Positions 13,559 through 23,090 of a stretch of DNA of 64,000 nucleotides are shown piece by piece. This stretch comes from Candidatus Krumholzibacteriia bacterium (lineage in GTDB: Bacteria; Krumholzibacteriota; Krumholzibacteriia; Krumholzibacteriales; Krumholzibacteriaceae). The position numbers and the translations under genes are program-made. Position 1 is the first letter of the stretch, and each line of letters begins with the position of its first letter. Below the pieces are notes generated by a model. It was not told the DNA's origin, did not search any database, and saw only the letters and a program-made list of their open reading frames with translations. The stretch is taken from assembly GCA_963836185.1 (NCBI GenBank), contig CAWIIQ010000003.1, forward strand, positions 128,001 to 192,000, read 5' to 3'.

Positions 13559-14785
13559 TCATCCCTGCATGAAGAGATTGGCGAAGACCTTCGTGTCTCC
13601 GACCATGTTCTCGATCGTCGTGTACTCGTTCGGCTGGTGGCAGGTGTCCTCGATTTTCGACCAGACGACAGCCGGAAGCCCGGCGCGCCTGAAGAAAGCC
13701 GCCACGGTTCCGCCGCCTATTCCCATCGGCTTCGCTTCGATCCCGTAGACATCCTTTATCGCCGCCGCGAGTGCCAGGACTACTTTCGCGTCCGCGGGGG
13801 TCGCCGGGGCGGCCTCCTCCTTCTGGGCCGCGGAGAGGCTGATCGTCACGTCGAACTCCTTCTCGACACCGTCGCAGATCTTCCTGATCTCCCCTTCGAC
13901 CTCGGCGAGGTCGATGCCGGGCAGCACCCTCATGTCGAGATAGAAGACGTCGTCGCCCGGGATAGTGTTGACGTTGGGGACATTAGCTTCCTTTTTCGTA
14001 GCCTGGAACGTGCTGATCGGCGGATCGAAGACCTCGTCGACTTTCGGGAATATCTCGTGCAGCTTGTAGAGCCTCGTGATGAGATGGGCGCCCGCGTAGT
14101 GGGCATTGACGCCTGCCGCCGGCGTCGAGGCGTGGCACTGCTTGCCGGCCGTCTCGACCTTTAGCCAGAAGATCGACTTCTCGGCGACCTCGATCATTCC
14201 GCCGTCCGGTTCGCCGGCATCGGGGACGATGATGTAGTCGTTCTTGCCGAAGAGGTCGCTATTCTCGAGGAGGTAGCCGATTCCATGCTCGCTTCCGGTC
14301 TCCTCGGCAGAGACTACGACCACGCCGACGTCATATGGGAGGGTCCCACCGAGCTCCTTGATCGCCTTGAGGGCGAACAGCGGGGTGACGATCCCGTGCT
14401 GATCGTCCTCCGTGCCGCGGCCGTAGAGCTTGCCGTCCTTCTCGACGACCTCCCAGGGATTGGTGTCCCACTTCTCGAGGTCGCCTGGAGGGACGACGTC
14501 TATATGGCCCATGACCCAGACTTTTCTCTCGCTCGAGACGCCCTTCATGACGGCGACGATGTTCGGCCTGATGCCGGCCGGCACCCTGTCGTCGGGGGCG
14601 TCGTAATGCTCGACAGAGTCGAAGCCGATCTCGTCGGCCATCCATTTTTCGAGGAAATCGGCCTTTTCCTTCTCCCCGACCCCGTCGTTTTCGGGACCGA
14701 GGGCGGGAATCGCGGTAAGCTTTGACTGGAGGTCGACCATCCCGGCCTTATAGCCGTCGATCTTTTCGTAGATATCCTTGAGCAT
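13559..14785 (-). CDS. M20 family metallohydrolase (DapE/ArgE-like)
   Basis: GHIDVVP, GRGTEDD, AEETG, HAS, CHQPNE metal-ligand motifs. Confidence 0.92.
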   Translation of the reverse strand: MLKDIYEKIDGYKAGMVDLQSKLTAIPALGPENDGVGEKEKADFLEKWMADEIGFDSVEHYDAPDDRVPAGIRPNIVAVMKGVSSERKVWVMGHIDVVPPGDLEKWDTNPWEVVEKDGKLYGRGTEDDQHGIVTPLFALKAIKELGGTLPYDVGVVVVSAEETGSEHGIGYLLENSDLFGKNDYIIVPDAGEPDGGMIEVAEKSIFWLKVETAGKQCHASTPAAGVNAHYAGAHLITRLYKLHEIFPKVDEVFDPPISTFQATKKEANVPNVNTIPGDDVFYLDMRVLPGIDLAEVEGEIRKICDGVEKEFDVTISLSAAQKEEAAPATPADAKVVLALAAAIKDVYGIEAKPMGIGGGTVAAFFRRAGLPAVVWSKIEDTCHQPNEYTTIENMVGDTKVFANLFMQG

Positions 14786-14827
14786 GCCTTGTTCCTTTCG
14801 ATTTCTGGTGGTATTACGGACCGGTCC

Positions 14828-14914
14828 ACGCTATCACCCGTCGCGCGTACCGTCAAGACGAAAGGGGCCCGAAGGACACTCCTGCTTGATTGAAGCCCGT
14901 TTTTCTGAGATAAT
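14828..14914. promoter_or_regulatory. Divergent sigma70-like promoters
   Basis: Minus: TTGACG-N17-TAGCGT (14856..14828). Plus: TTGATT-N17-GATAAT (14886..14914). Both have TG of an extended -10. Confidence 0.45.
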
Positions 14915-14965
14915 CGCCCGGCCGTCAGTGTATATTACGTTGTCTTTTAATCGAGGAGGAATGGC

Positions 14966-16642
14966 ATGAGAAGGATCCTTATAGCGGCCCTTTGTACGGC
15001 CGTAATCGTCGCGGGAGGAGTTACCGTGTCCGCTCAGGAAAACAGGGAGAAGACGATTGAGCAGAGGCTCGCCGTCTACGCGCCGGTCAAGATCTCGGTG
15101 CCCTGGGAGCTGCTCGACAAGAACGAGACGGCCGCGCTGGAGAATATCTACAGGGCTGCCGTCGTCATGGACGAGATTTTTCTCAGGCAGGTATGGAAGG
15201 GTAACGTAGAGCTGCGCCAGGCGATGAACTCGAAGGACATGATCAAGGAGCTCAGGTTCTTCGACATCAACTTCGGCCCATGGGACAGGATCAACGAGAA
15301 CGAACCCTTTATCGGCAAGATACTCAAGCCCGACGGAGCGGAGTTCTACCCGACAGACATGACGAAGCAGGAGTTCGAGGACTTTCTCGCGCCGCGTCAG
15401 ATGGATCGGGAGGCCTTCGAGAGCCCATTTACCGTGATAAGGCGCGGCGAAAACCCTGGAGAGCTCGTGGCCGTTCCCTATTCTAAGGAGTACAAGACGC
15501 TTCTCGATCAGGCGGCAAAGTACCTGCGCCTCGCCGCCGACCAGACAGCCAACGAGTCGCTGGCGAAGTTCCTGCGCTCACGCGCGGCAGCCTTCGCCTC
15601 GAACGACTACTTCCAGAGCGACATGGACTGGATGGACGTCAAGGACAACCTTATCGATGTCACGATCGGCCCGTACGAGGTCTACGAGGACAACCTCTTC
15701 AATTACAAGGCCGCCTTCGAGGCCTTTGTATGTATCCGCGACCCGAAGGAGAGCATGCGCCTCGACGGTCTGGCCGGATATCTCGTCAAGATGGAGCAGA
15801 ACCTGCCCATCCCCGACGAGCACAAGAACCTGAACCGCGGAAGCGAGTCGCCTATCTCGGTAGTCGACGAGGTCTTCTCCGCCGGCGACACGAAGGCCGG
15901 CGTGCAGACCCTCGCCTTCAACCTTCCCAATGACGAGAAGGTGCAGGAGGCGAAGGGAAGCAAGAAAGTCATGCTCCGCAATATCATCCACGCGAAGTTC
16001 GACAAGATCCTCATGCCGATAGCAGAGCAGCTTATCGACAAGGACCAGCTGAAGCATGTCACCTTTGACGCCTACTACAACCACATCCTGCTGCACGAGT
16101 TCTCTCACGGCCTCGGGCCGGGCAGGATCACACTCGCGGACGGCACAGAAACGACCGCGCAGAAGGCTCTGAAGGAGACTCATTCTTCTCTGGAAGAAGC
16201 AAAAGCTGATATTGTGGGCGAGTACAATATTTATTATCTTATAGACGAGGGGTTCTTCGGCCGCGAGCTCGAAAAGGACGTAGCGGTCACATTTCTCGCC
16301 GGTTTCTTCCGCTCCGTCCGCTTCGGCGCAGAGTCTGCGCACGGAAGGGCGAACATGGTCATCTTCAACTACATGAGAGAGAACGGGGTCTACTCCTATA
16401 ACAAGGACAACGGGACATGGTCTGTCGATACGGAGAAGATGCGCGGCGTGGTAAAGGACCTCTCCGCGGAGATACTGATGATCCAGGCCCTCGGGGACTA
16501 CGAAGCCTCGAAGGGCCTTCTTGATAAGTACGGGACGATGGACGCCGACGTGGAGGCATCGCTGCTCAAGCTCAGAAAGGCGCGCCTGCCTGTCGACATC
16601 GCCCCGGAGTTCGAAATACAGAAGAAGTACGCGGCAAACTGA
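14966..16642 (+). CDS. Secreted peptidase family M49 (dipeptidyl-peptidase III, HEXXH type)
   Basis: Signal peptide; IGPYEVYED, AFNLPND, LLHEFSHGLG, EEAKAD. Confidence 0.9.
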   Translation: MRRILIAALCTAVIVAGGVTVSAQENREKTIEQRLAVYAPVKISVPWELLDKNETAALENIYRAAVVMDEIFLRQVWKGNVELRQAMNSKDMIKELRFFDINFGPWDRINENEPFIGKILKPDGAEFYPTDMTKQEFEDFLAPRQMDREAFESPFTVIRRGENPGELVAVPYSKEYKTLLDQAAKYLRLAADQTANESLAKFLRSRAAAFASNDYFQSDMDWMDVKDNLIDVTIGPYEVYEDNLFNYKAAFEAFVCIRDPKESMRLDGLAGYLVKMEQNLPIPDEHKNLNRGSESPISVVDEVFSAGDTKAGVQTLAFNLPNDEKVQEAKGSKKVMLRNIIHAKFDKILMPIAEQLIDKDQLKHVTFDAYYNHILLHEFSHGLGPGRITLADGTETTAQKALKETHSSLEEAKADIVGEYNIYYLIDEGFFGRELEKDVAVTFLAGFFRSVRFGAESAHGRANMVIFNYMRENGVYSYNKDNGTWSVDTEKMRGVVKDLSAEILMIQALGDYEASKGLLDKYGTMDADVEASLLKLRKARLPVDIAPEFEIQKKYAAN

Positions 16643-16790
16643 GCATTGGCCGGGTGTCACCTCCTGAGAGTTTGGTCGGCCTTCAAGGGGGTAAGGTTTT
16701 CTGAGGAGATTACCGGGGCGCCCGGCCGCACCCCCTGCAGTTTCGCCGCATGGGAGCCCGGAGTGAGTATATGCCCCGGGCTTTCCCTTT

Positions 16791-16826
16791 TTGTCCGGCG
16801 CCTCTCACGGGCGCCGGCATTTTTTT
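16791..16826 (+). terminator. Intrinsic terminator
   Basis: CCGGCGCC/GGCGCCGG stem followed by T7. Confidence 0.7.
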
Positions 16827-16908
16827 GATTGATATCACGCACAATCTGATATACTCCACAATCTGCGCACATACCTGAAGGCTATATCGTAAGGATGGAG
16901 GATTCCGG

Positions 16909-17547
16909 ATGAAGGAACACCTGGACAGCTGCAGGCAGGCGGTCATAGACGGCGATGCCGAAAAGTCGGAAGAACTCGCGAAACTGACCCTGGAGAAGGG
17001 GATGAATGTCCTCGAGGTGATCGAGAAGGGATTCGTCTCCGGGATCCGTGAGGTCGGCAGGCTATGGGAAGAGGGGGAGCTTTTCCTCCCCGAGCTCGTT
17101 ATCGGCGCCGATGCGATGAAGAAGGCGATGGATGTCCTTCAGCCCTCACTCGAGGGAGGAGAGGGCGGCAAGGATTCGCTCGGGCATGTCGTCATCGGGA
17201 CGATAGAGGGTGATATCCACGATATCGGCAAGACGCTTGTCGCGACGATGCTGTCTGCCAACGGGTTCGAGGTGACCGATCTCGGCGCTGACGTTCCCGT
17301 GGCGAAATTCGTCGAGACGGCCGAGGAAAAAGGCGCCGACTGGATCGCCATATCTGCCCTTCTCACGACTACGATGCCGGGGCAGAAGAAGGTCATCGAG
17401 CAGCTGGCGGCGAAATCGCTCGCTGATATCAAGGTGATGGTCGGCGGAGCGCCGTGCAGCGCCGAGTGGGCCACGGAGATCGGTGCTGACGGGTACGCAG
17501 GAGACGCTGTCGCCGCGGTAGCGCTGGCAAAGGGACAAGCAGGCTGA
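16909..17547 (+). CDS. Corrinoid (B12-binding) methyltransferase protein, MttC/MtgC-like
   Basis: B12 cap domain plus GDIHDIGK (DxHxxG), SALLTTT, VGGAP. Confidence 0.95.
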   Translation: MKEHLDSCRQAVIDGDAEKSEELAKLTLEKGMNVLEVIEKGFVSGIREVGRLWEEGELFLPELVIGADAMKKAMDVLQPSLEGGEGGKDSLGHVVIGTIEGDIHDIGKTLVATMLSANGFEVTDLGADVPVAKFVETAEEKGADWIAISALLTTTMPGQKKVIEQLAAKSLADIKVMVGGAPCSAEWATEIGADGYAGDAVAAVALAKGQAG

Positions 17548-17567
17548 AAGAAGTACCGGGAGGGGCC

Positions 17568-18464
17568 ATGAGTGGATTTCTCGAAGCGTTGAAAGAAAAG
17601 GTGCTGCTGTTCGACGGCGGCATGGGCAGCATGCTCATCGCGGCCGGCCTCGGCGACGGCGAAGCTCCCGATGAGTGGAGCCTCTCGCACCCCGATGTGC
17701 TGATCGACATCCACAGGAAGTATCTCGAGGCGGGCGCGGACGTCATCCAGACGAACACATTCGGCGCGACCTCGATTAAGCTCGCCGCTTCGTGCCGCGG
17801 CGGGGCGCCCGACACGGCTGCGCTGAATATCAGGGCGGCAGAGATTGCGAGGAGGGCCCTCGATGAGTTCATCCTGGGAGGAAGGTTCCTTGCCGGCGAC
17901 ATCGGTCCGACGGGCGAGTTCTTTCCTCCGATGGGGATCCTCACTACGGAGAACGCCCGCAATGCGTTCAGGGAGCAGGCGGCAGCCCTCGAGAAGGGCG
18001 GCGTCGACCTCTTTCTCATAGAGACGATGTACGACATACGCGAAGCCGTCGAAGCGATACGGGCGGTAAAAGAGGTCTCGGACAAGCCGATCGTATGCGA
18101 GCTGACGATGGACAGGAAGAAAAAGGGATATTTCACGATAGTGGGGGATACACCCGAAAAGGCGATCGATATCCTCGTCGATGAGGGCGCCGCGGTCATT
18201 GGCGCTAATTGTTCGATAACGAGTGGCGAGATGCTGGATCTTGCCGTTGCAATGCGCTTTCTGACCGACACACCGCTTGTTTTCCAGCCGAACGCCGGCA
18301 TGCCCTCGCTTCTGGACGGGAAGGCGGTATATGGGCAGAAGCCGGAGGAATTCGCAGAAGATATCATGAAGTTGATCGATGCGGGCGTCAGCGCCGTCGG
18401 GGGATGCTGCGGAACGACCCCGGAATTCATAAAATCGATAAGAGAGCGCATCGACAGGATGTGA
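17568..18464 (+). CDS. Homocysteine S-methyltransferase domain protein (MetH N-terminal/BHMT-like)
   Basis: DGGMGS, TNTFGA, IETM, Zn ligands GANC and GGCCG. Confidence 0.93.
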   Translation: MSGFLEALKEKVLLFDGGMGSMLIAAGLGDGEAPDEWSLSHPDVLIDIHRKYLEAGADVIQTNTFGATSIKLAASCRGGAPDTAALNIRAAEIARRALDEFILGGRFLAGDIGPTGEFFPPMGILTTENARNAFREQAAALEKGGVDLFLIETMYDIREAVEAIRAVKEVSDKPIVCELTMDRKKKGYFTIVGDTPEKAIDILVDEGAAVIGANCSITSGEMLDLAVAMRFLTDTPLVFQPNAGMPSLLDGKAVYGQKPEEFAEDIMKLIDAGVSAVGGCCGTTPEFIKSIRERIDRM

Positions 18465-18474
18465 GAGCCGTAAT

Positions 18475-19134
18475 ATGGAACCCGTGATCCTCGAGGGATT
18501 TGATATAGAGCCCGACAGCGCCGAGCTGTCGAGGCTGCTCGGAAGAAAGAACGGCGAGGCGATCGGCGCTCCGGCAGCTGCCGCCGCTGGAAAGATAACC
18601 GCGGCCCTCGATGTTGCGCTCGAGGAATCGCAGGATCTGATAAAGCCGAAGGCGATATATGTGACGGCAGCCGGGGCCGACCTGCCCGGCTCGGACATAT
18701 TCAGGGACCTCGAAAAGGTCGCCTTCTGTGTCTGCACGATCGGACCGGCTCTCGAGGAGAGGGTCACGGCGCTCTCGAAGGAGGGCGACATGCTGGCCGC
18801 GGTCGTTCTTGACTCGATCGGTTCGGCGGCCGCTGAGGCGACTGCCCGTTACGCGAATGATCATATCGATGAGGCCGCCGCGGCGATCGGCCTGAAGACC
18901 TCTTGCAGGGCGAGCCCGGGATACGGCGACTGGGACGTAAAGGAGCAGAAGAATCTCTTCGCGCTTGTCCCGGCTGAAAGGATCGGAGTGACACTCACCG
19001 CGAGCAGCATGATGGTCCCGCGCAAATCGATCTCGTTCGCCGTGCATATAGCGGAAGACCCGGTCAGGCTCCGGAGCGAAGGCTCCTGCAGGAACTGCGA
19101 CATGGAGACCTGTCCGTACAGGATACTGGATTAG
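18475..19134 (+). CDS. Stand-alone B12 methionine synthase reactivation domain protein
   Basis: CTIG..., D.IGSAAAE, SPGYGDW, MVPRKSIS, C-terminal CxxCxxxxCPYR. Confidence 0.85.
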   Translation: MEPVILEGFDIEPDSAELSRLLGRKNGEAIGAPAAAAAGKITAALDVALEESQDLIKPKAIYVTAAGADLPGSDIFRDLEKVAFCVCTIGPALEERVTALSKEGDMLAAVVLDSIGSAAAEATARYANDHIDEAAAAIGLKTSCRASPGYGDWDVKEQKNLFALVPAERIGVTLTASSMMVPRKSISFAVHIAEDPVRLRSEGSCRNCDMETCPYRILD

Positions 19135-19164
19135 ACAGACAATAAGATGGAAGGAGCTGGCGAG

Positions 19165-20616
19165 ATGGGCATGACCCCGCGCGTTACCTGGTTCGATGAA
19201 GCGACACGAAAGAAGATCGTCGCCGAAGCGATGGAGATCCTCGAGAAGGTCGGAGTCTTCGTCGAGAACGACGAGGCGATCGAACTGCTGACCGGCGCCG
19301 GAGCGAAGGTCGTCGGCGGCCGAGTGATGATACCCTCGCCGATCGTCGAGAAAGCACTCGAGACTGCGCCCTCGCGGATCCGGCTCTACGACCGTCACGG
19401 CGAGGTAGCGATGGACCTCGGCGAAAACAGGAGTCATTTCAATCCGGGCTCGGCGGCGCTGAGGATATTCGATCCCGAGATAAATGACGCGAGGGTACCG
19501 GTAACAGCAGACGTCATCAAGTACGCGCGGCTCACCGACGCTCTTCCGAACTACGCGGCCCAGAGCACAGGGATGATACCGGGCGATGTTCCCGAGGAGA
19601 TCGCCGACAGGTACAGGGTCTTCCTCGGCCTGCTGAACTCGGTCAAGCCGATCGTGACAGGCACATTCAAGATCGAAGCGTTCAAGGTGATGCACGAGAT
19701 GCTCGCCGCCGTATCGGGGAACGCCGATACGCTGATGGAAAAGCCGATGGCGATCTTCGACTGCTGCCCCTCGCCCCCGCTGATGTGGAGCGACCTGACC
19801 TGCCAGGCCCTGATCGACTGCGCCCGCACGGGGCTCCCTGCCGAGCTGATCTCGATGCCGCTCACCGGGGCGACGTCACCCGTCACCCTTGCAGGCGCCG
19901 TCACGCAGCACTGCGCGGAGAGCCTCAGCGGGATAACGATACACCAGCTGGCGCGCGCCGGTTCGCCGATCATTTACGGCGGCTCGCCGGCATGTTTCGA
20001 CATGCGCAAGGGAACGACCCCGATGGGCGCTATCGAGACGATGATGATAGACGGAGCCTACGCCGAGATCGGCAAACACCTCGATGTCCCTGTCCAGGCC
20101 TACATGGCGCTGAGCGATTCGAAGCCGGTCGACTACCAGGCCGGTATGGAAACAGCGATGGGAGCAATCGTCGCCGTCGTCTCGGGCATCAACAATATCT
20201 CCGGTCCCGGTATGCTCGATTTCGAGTCGTGCCAGTCGCTCGAGAAGCTCGTCCTCGACCACGAGATCTGCGGGATGGCGCTGAGACTCACGGAGGGGAT
20301 AGAGCTGCGCGACGACCCGATAGCGATGCCGCTGATCAAGGCCGGACTCGAGAAGAAGGAGTTCCTCTCCCTGCCTCATACGGCGAAATGGTACCGCAAG
20401 GAGGCGTACTTCCCCGATAAGGTCATCGAGAGGGGAACGCTCGAGGAGTGGCGGTCGAAGGGTAAAAAGGACGCCGCGGAGAGGGCCCGCGAAAGGGTCG
20501 ACGAGATCCTCGCGAATCACGAGCCGGAAGCTCTCGATCCGGCGGTCGTCGAACATATAACGGGACTGATGGAGGCCGAAGCAAAACGGTACGGCCTCGA
20601 CAGGCTGCCCGTCTGA
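19165..20616 (+). CDS. MttB-superfamily methyltransferase, non-pyrrolysine (MtgB-like)
   Basis: SPPL, GATSPVTLAG, DMRKG, LSDSK (Leu at the Pyl position), GPGML; RBS AAGGAG before ATG 19165. Confidence 0.92.
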   Translation: MGMTPRVTWFDEATRKKIVAEAMEILEKVGVFVENDEAIELLTGAGAKVVGGRVMIPSPIVEKALETAPSRIRLYDRHGEVAMDLGENRSHFNPGSAALRIFDPEINDARVPVTADVIKYARLTDALPNYAAQSTGMIPGDVPEEIADRYRVFLGLLNSVKPIVTGTFKIEAFKVMHEMLAAVSGNADTLMEKPMAIFDCCPSPPLMWSDLTCQALIDCARTGLPAELISMPLTGATSPVTLAGAVTQHCAESLSGITIHQLARAGSPIIYGGSPACFDMRKGTTPMGAIETMMIDGAYAEIGKHLDVPVQAYMALSDSKPVDYQAGMETAMGAIVAVVSGINNISGPGMLDFESCQSLEKLVLDHEICGMALRLTEGIELRDDPIAMPLIKAGLEKKEFLSLPHTAKWYRKEAYFPDKVIERGTLEEWRSKGKKDAAERARERVDEILANHEPEALDPAVVEHITGLMEAEAKRYGLDRLPV

Positions 20617-20622
20617 TATGGA

Positions 20623-21276
20623 GTGATTTTAAATTTGAAGGAACGATATCTCACTCCGGGGGATATAGAGGAAAACGCCCACAGCCTGATCCCTGAGGTG
20701 GTGGGTCGCGGCCCCGCGTTCGATATATCACGCGCGGCGCTTTTGATCCTCGACATGCAGGCTTACTTTCTTGATGAGAAATCTCACGCTTTCGTGCCGG
20801 ACGCACCAGCAATAGTATCGAGACTGGCCGGTCTCGCCCGGCGCTTCGGCGCCGCCGGCCGCCCTGTTATAACGACGAGGCATTCGAACACGGAAGACGA
20901 TGCCGGGATGATGAAGGAGTGGTGGGGCCATCTCCTCGAGCCCGGCTCACCCGAAGCGGCACTCGAGCCTGTTCTCAAGGAACTCTCGACCGCTGTTGTA
21001 GGCAAGGCGCAGTACGATGCATTCTGGGAGACGGATCTGGAGAACATCCTCCGGTCCTCCGGCTCGCAGCAGGTAGTCGTCACAGGCGTAATGACTCACC
21101 TCTGCGTAGAGGCAACGGCCCGCTCGGCATATATACGAGGCTTTGCCGTCTTTCTCCCGGCCGACGGGACGGCGACATACAACAGGAATTTTCACGCTGC
21201 TTCTCTGCTGAACCTCTCACACGGCACGGCTGCGATTACGGTCTGCTCTAAACTGATGGAGACGAAAGAGAAATGA
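20623..21276 (+). CDS. Isochorismatase-family cysteine hydrolase
   Basis: LILDMQ (Asp), GKAQYDAF (Lys), GVMTHLCVEATAR (Cys). Confidence 0.92.
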   Translation: MILNLKERYLTPGDIEENAHSLIPEVVGRGPAFDISRAALLILDMQAYFLDEKSHAFVPDAPAIVSRLAGLARRFGAAGRPVITTRHSNTEDDAGMMKEWWGHLLEPGSPEAALEPVLKELSTAVVGKAQYDAFWETDLENILRSSGSQQVVVTGVMTHLCVEATARSAYIRGFAVFLPADGTATYNRNFHAASLLNLSHGTAAITVCSKLMETKEK

Positions 21277-22161
21277 ACGATACGGCGATAATCGGAGCCG
21301 GGCCGGCGGGGATATCTGCCGCCATGCAGCTGGCGAGGTACGAGATCTATCCGTTCGTCTACGAGGCGGACGCGTCCGGGGGCCTCCTCTTCAACGCGGG
21401 AACGATCGAGAACTATCCCGGCTTTCCCAAAGGGATAGCGGGTCCCGAGCTGGCAGCTCTATTCGCCGCCGGGCTTGAAGCGAGCAAGGCGGTCGTCTGC
21501 CCCGAGGAGGTCTTTTCGATCGACTACGCGGCGGACGTCTTCAGGGTGCAGGCAGGGACAGCGGCCGATTTCTCGCGCCTCATCATCGCGACGGGAACAA
21601 GGCCCGTTCCTCTCGACAGCGTGGAGTACGACGAACCGGCGACAGAGGAAGAAATCGATTACGGCGTCGGAATGATCAGGACGATTGCAGGGAAATCGGT
21701 AGCCGTCATCGGCGCCGGAGACGCAGCCTTCGACTACGCGCTGACCCTTTCGAAGAAGAACGATATCGTGATCCTGCAGAGAGGCGAAAAACCGAGGTGC
21801 AACGCTGCGCTGAAGAGAAGGGTCTCGGCGCCGTGAGCGCGTCACGGTGCTGGAAAACGCCTCGGTCGAGAAGATCTCGAAGGAAGAAGACGGGCGATTC
21901 GCGCTGTCGCTCTGTGGAGCGGGATGCGGTTCGCGCAACAGGATGACGGCCGATCACGTGATCGCCGCTATCGGCAGGGTGCCCCGCGAGATAGCCCTTC
22001 TGCCGGGGCTCTCGGAGAATTTCGACGAGCTCGTAGCGAGTGGAAGGCTGCGCTTCGCGGGAGATGTCATAAACGGGATGTACAGGCAGACAGCGATTGC
22101 TGTCGGAGACGGCGTCCGCGCCGCGATGGAGATATATGAAGGTAAGGGCCTGGACGGGTAG
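21273..22161 (+). CDS. Thioredoxin-reductase-like FAD/NAD(P)H oxidoreductase lacking CxxC (extra base near 21831)
   Basis: IIGAGPAG, IENYPGF, IATG, IGAGDAA, AGD...RQTAIAVGDG over two frames. Confidence 0.85.
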
Positions 22162-23072
22162 CGACGAGGTCGCGGTAGTCTATATTGCAGAGGCGGAAGG
22201 GGGCAGGCACGTCGAGTTCGTCGAGTCGGTCGAGCCTCCGCTGCCGCGAGAGAAGAAGTGGGTGCTGATCGTATCGACACTCTTCGGGTGCCCGGGAGGC
22301 TGCCGTTTCTGCGACGCCGGCGGCTCCTACGAAGGGAAGCTCTCAGCCGACGAGATCCTCTTCCAGACAGACTACATGATCGACCGCCGGTACCCCGGCC
22401 GCCGAGTACCGGCGGAGAAGTTCAAGGTGCAGCTCGCGAGGATGGGCGAGCCGACCCTGAACGACGCGGTCCTCGATGTCCTCGAGATACCTGCCCGCGC
22501 GTTACGACGCCCCCGGCCTGATGCCGGCCCTCTCGACGATAGCGCCGGCCGGGAGGGAAGCCTTCTTCGAGAGGCTCCTGGAGACCAGCAGGGAATTATA
22601 CAGGGGGCGCTTTCAGCTGCAGTTCTCGCTGCACACCACCGACACTGAAAAACGTGACTGGCTCCTGCCTCCGAAGAAATGGGACTTCCCCACTATAGCC
22701 CGGTACGGCGAGAGGTTCTTTGTGGACGGCGGAAGAAAGATCACGCTGAACTTCGCGCTTGCCGAAGGGATGCCTCTCGATGCGGCAGTCCTCTTCAGCC
22801 ACTTCGACCCTCAAAAGTTTCTCGTCAAGCTTACGCCGGTAAATCCGACCTGCGAAGCGGACCGCAGCGGCGTACGCTCATCGATAATCCAGGGGACAGA
22901 GCCGGAGAATGTGACGGTGCCCCTGCGGGATGTGGGGTACGAGGTGCTCGTCTCTATCGGTGAGCTCGAGGAGAACCATATCGGCTCGAACTGCGGACAG
23001 TTCATCAAGAGCTATCTCGACAGCGGCGCCGAGTTCAAGGCCGGCTATAACTACGAACTGGAAAAGACCTGA
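22136..23072 (+). CDS. RlmN/Cfr-like radical SAM protein (extra base near 22489)
   Basis: CPGGCRFC, RMGEP, LQFSLH, C-terminal GSNCGQ. Confidence 0.88.
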
Positions 23073-23090
23073 GAAGGAGAGGTGCGATCC

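Noticed and set aside
16662-16686. Glycine riboswitch (minus-strand GAAGG...AAACTCTCAGG)
   Set aside because: The 5' GGAGA element and P1-P3 layout are not evident, and it would point antisense into the M49 gene
19132-19165. In-frame TAG between the reactivation-domain gene and mttB as pyrrolysine readthrough
   Set aside because: mttB has its own AAGGAG RBS before ATG 19165, has Leu at the Pyl site, and the upstream gene ends at a natural domain end
21834-21836. TGA in the TrxB-like gene as selenocysteine
   Set aside because: The downstream half is in a different frame; one extra base explains the break
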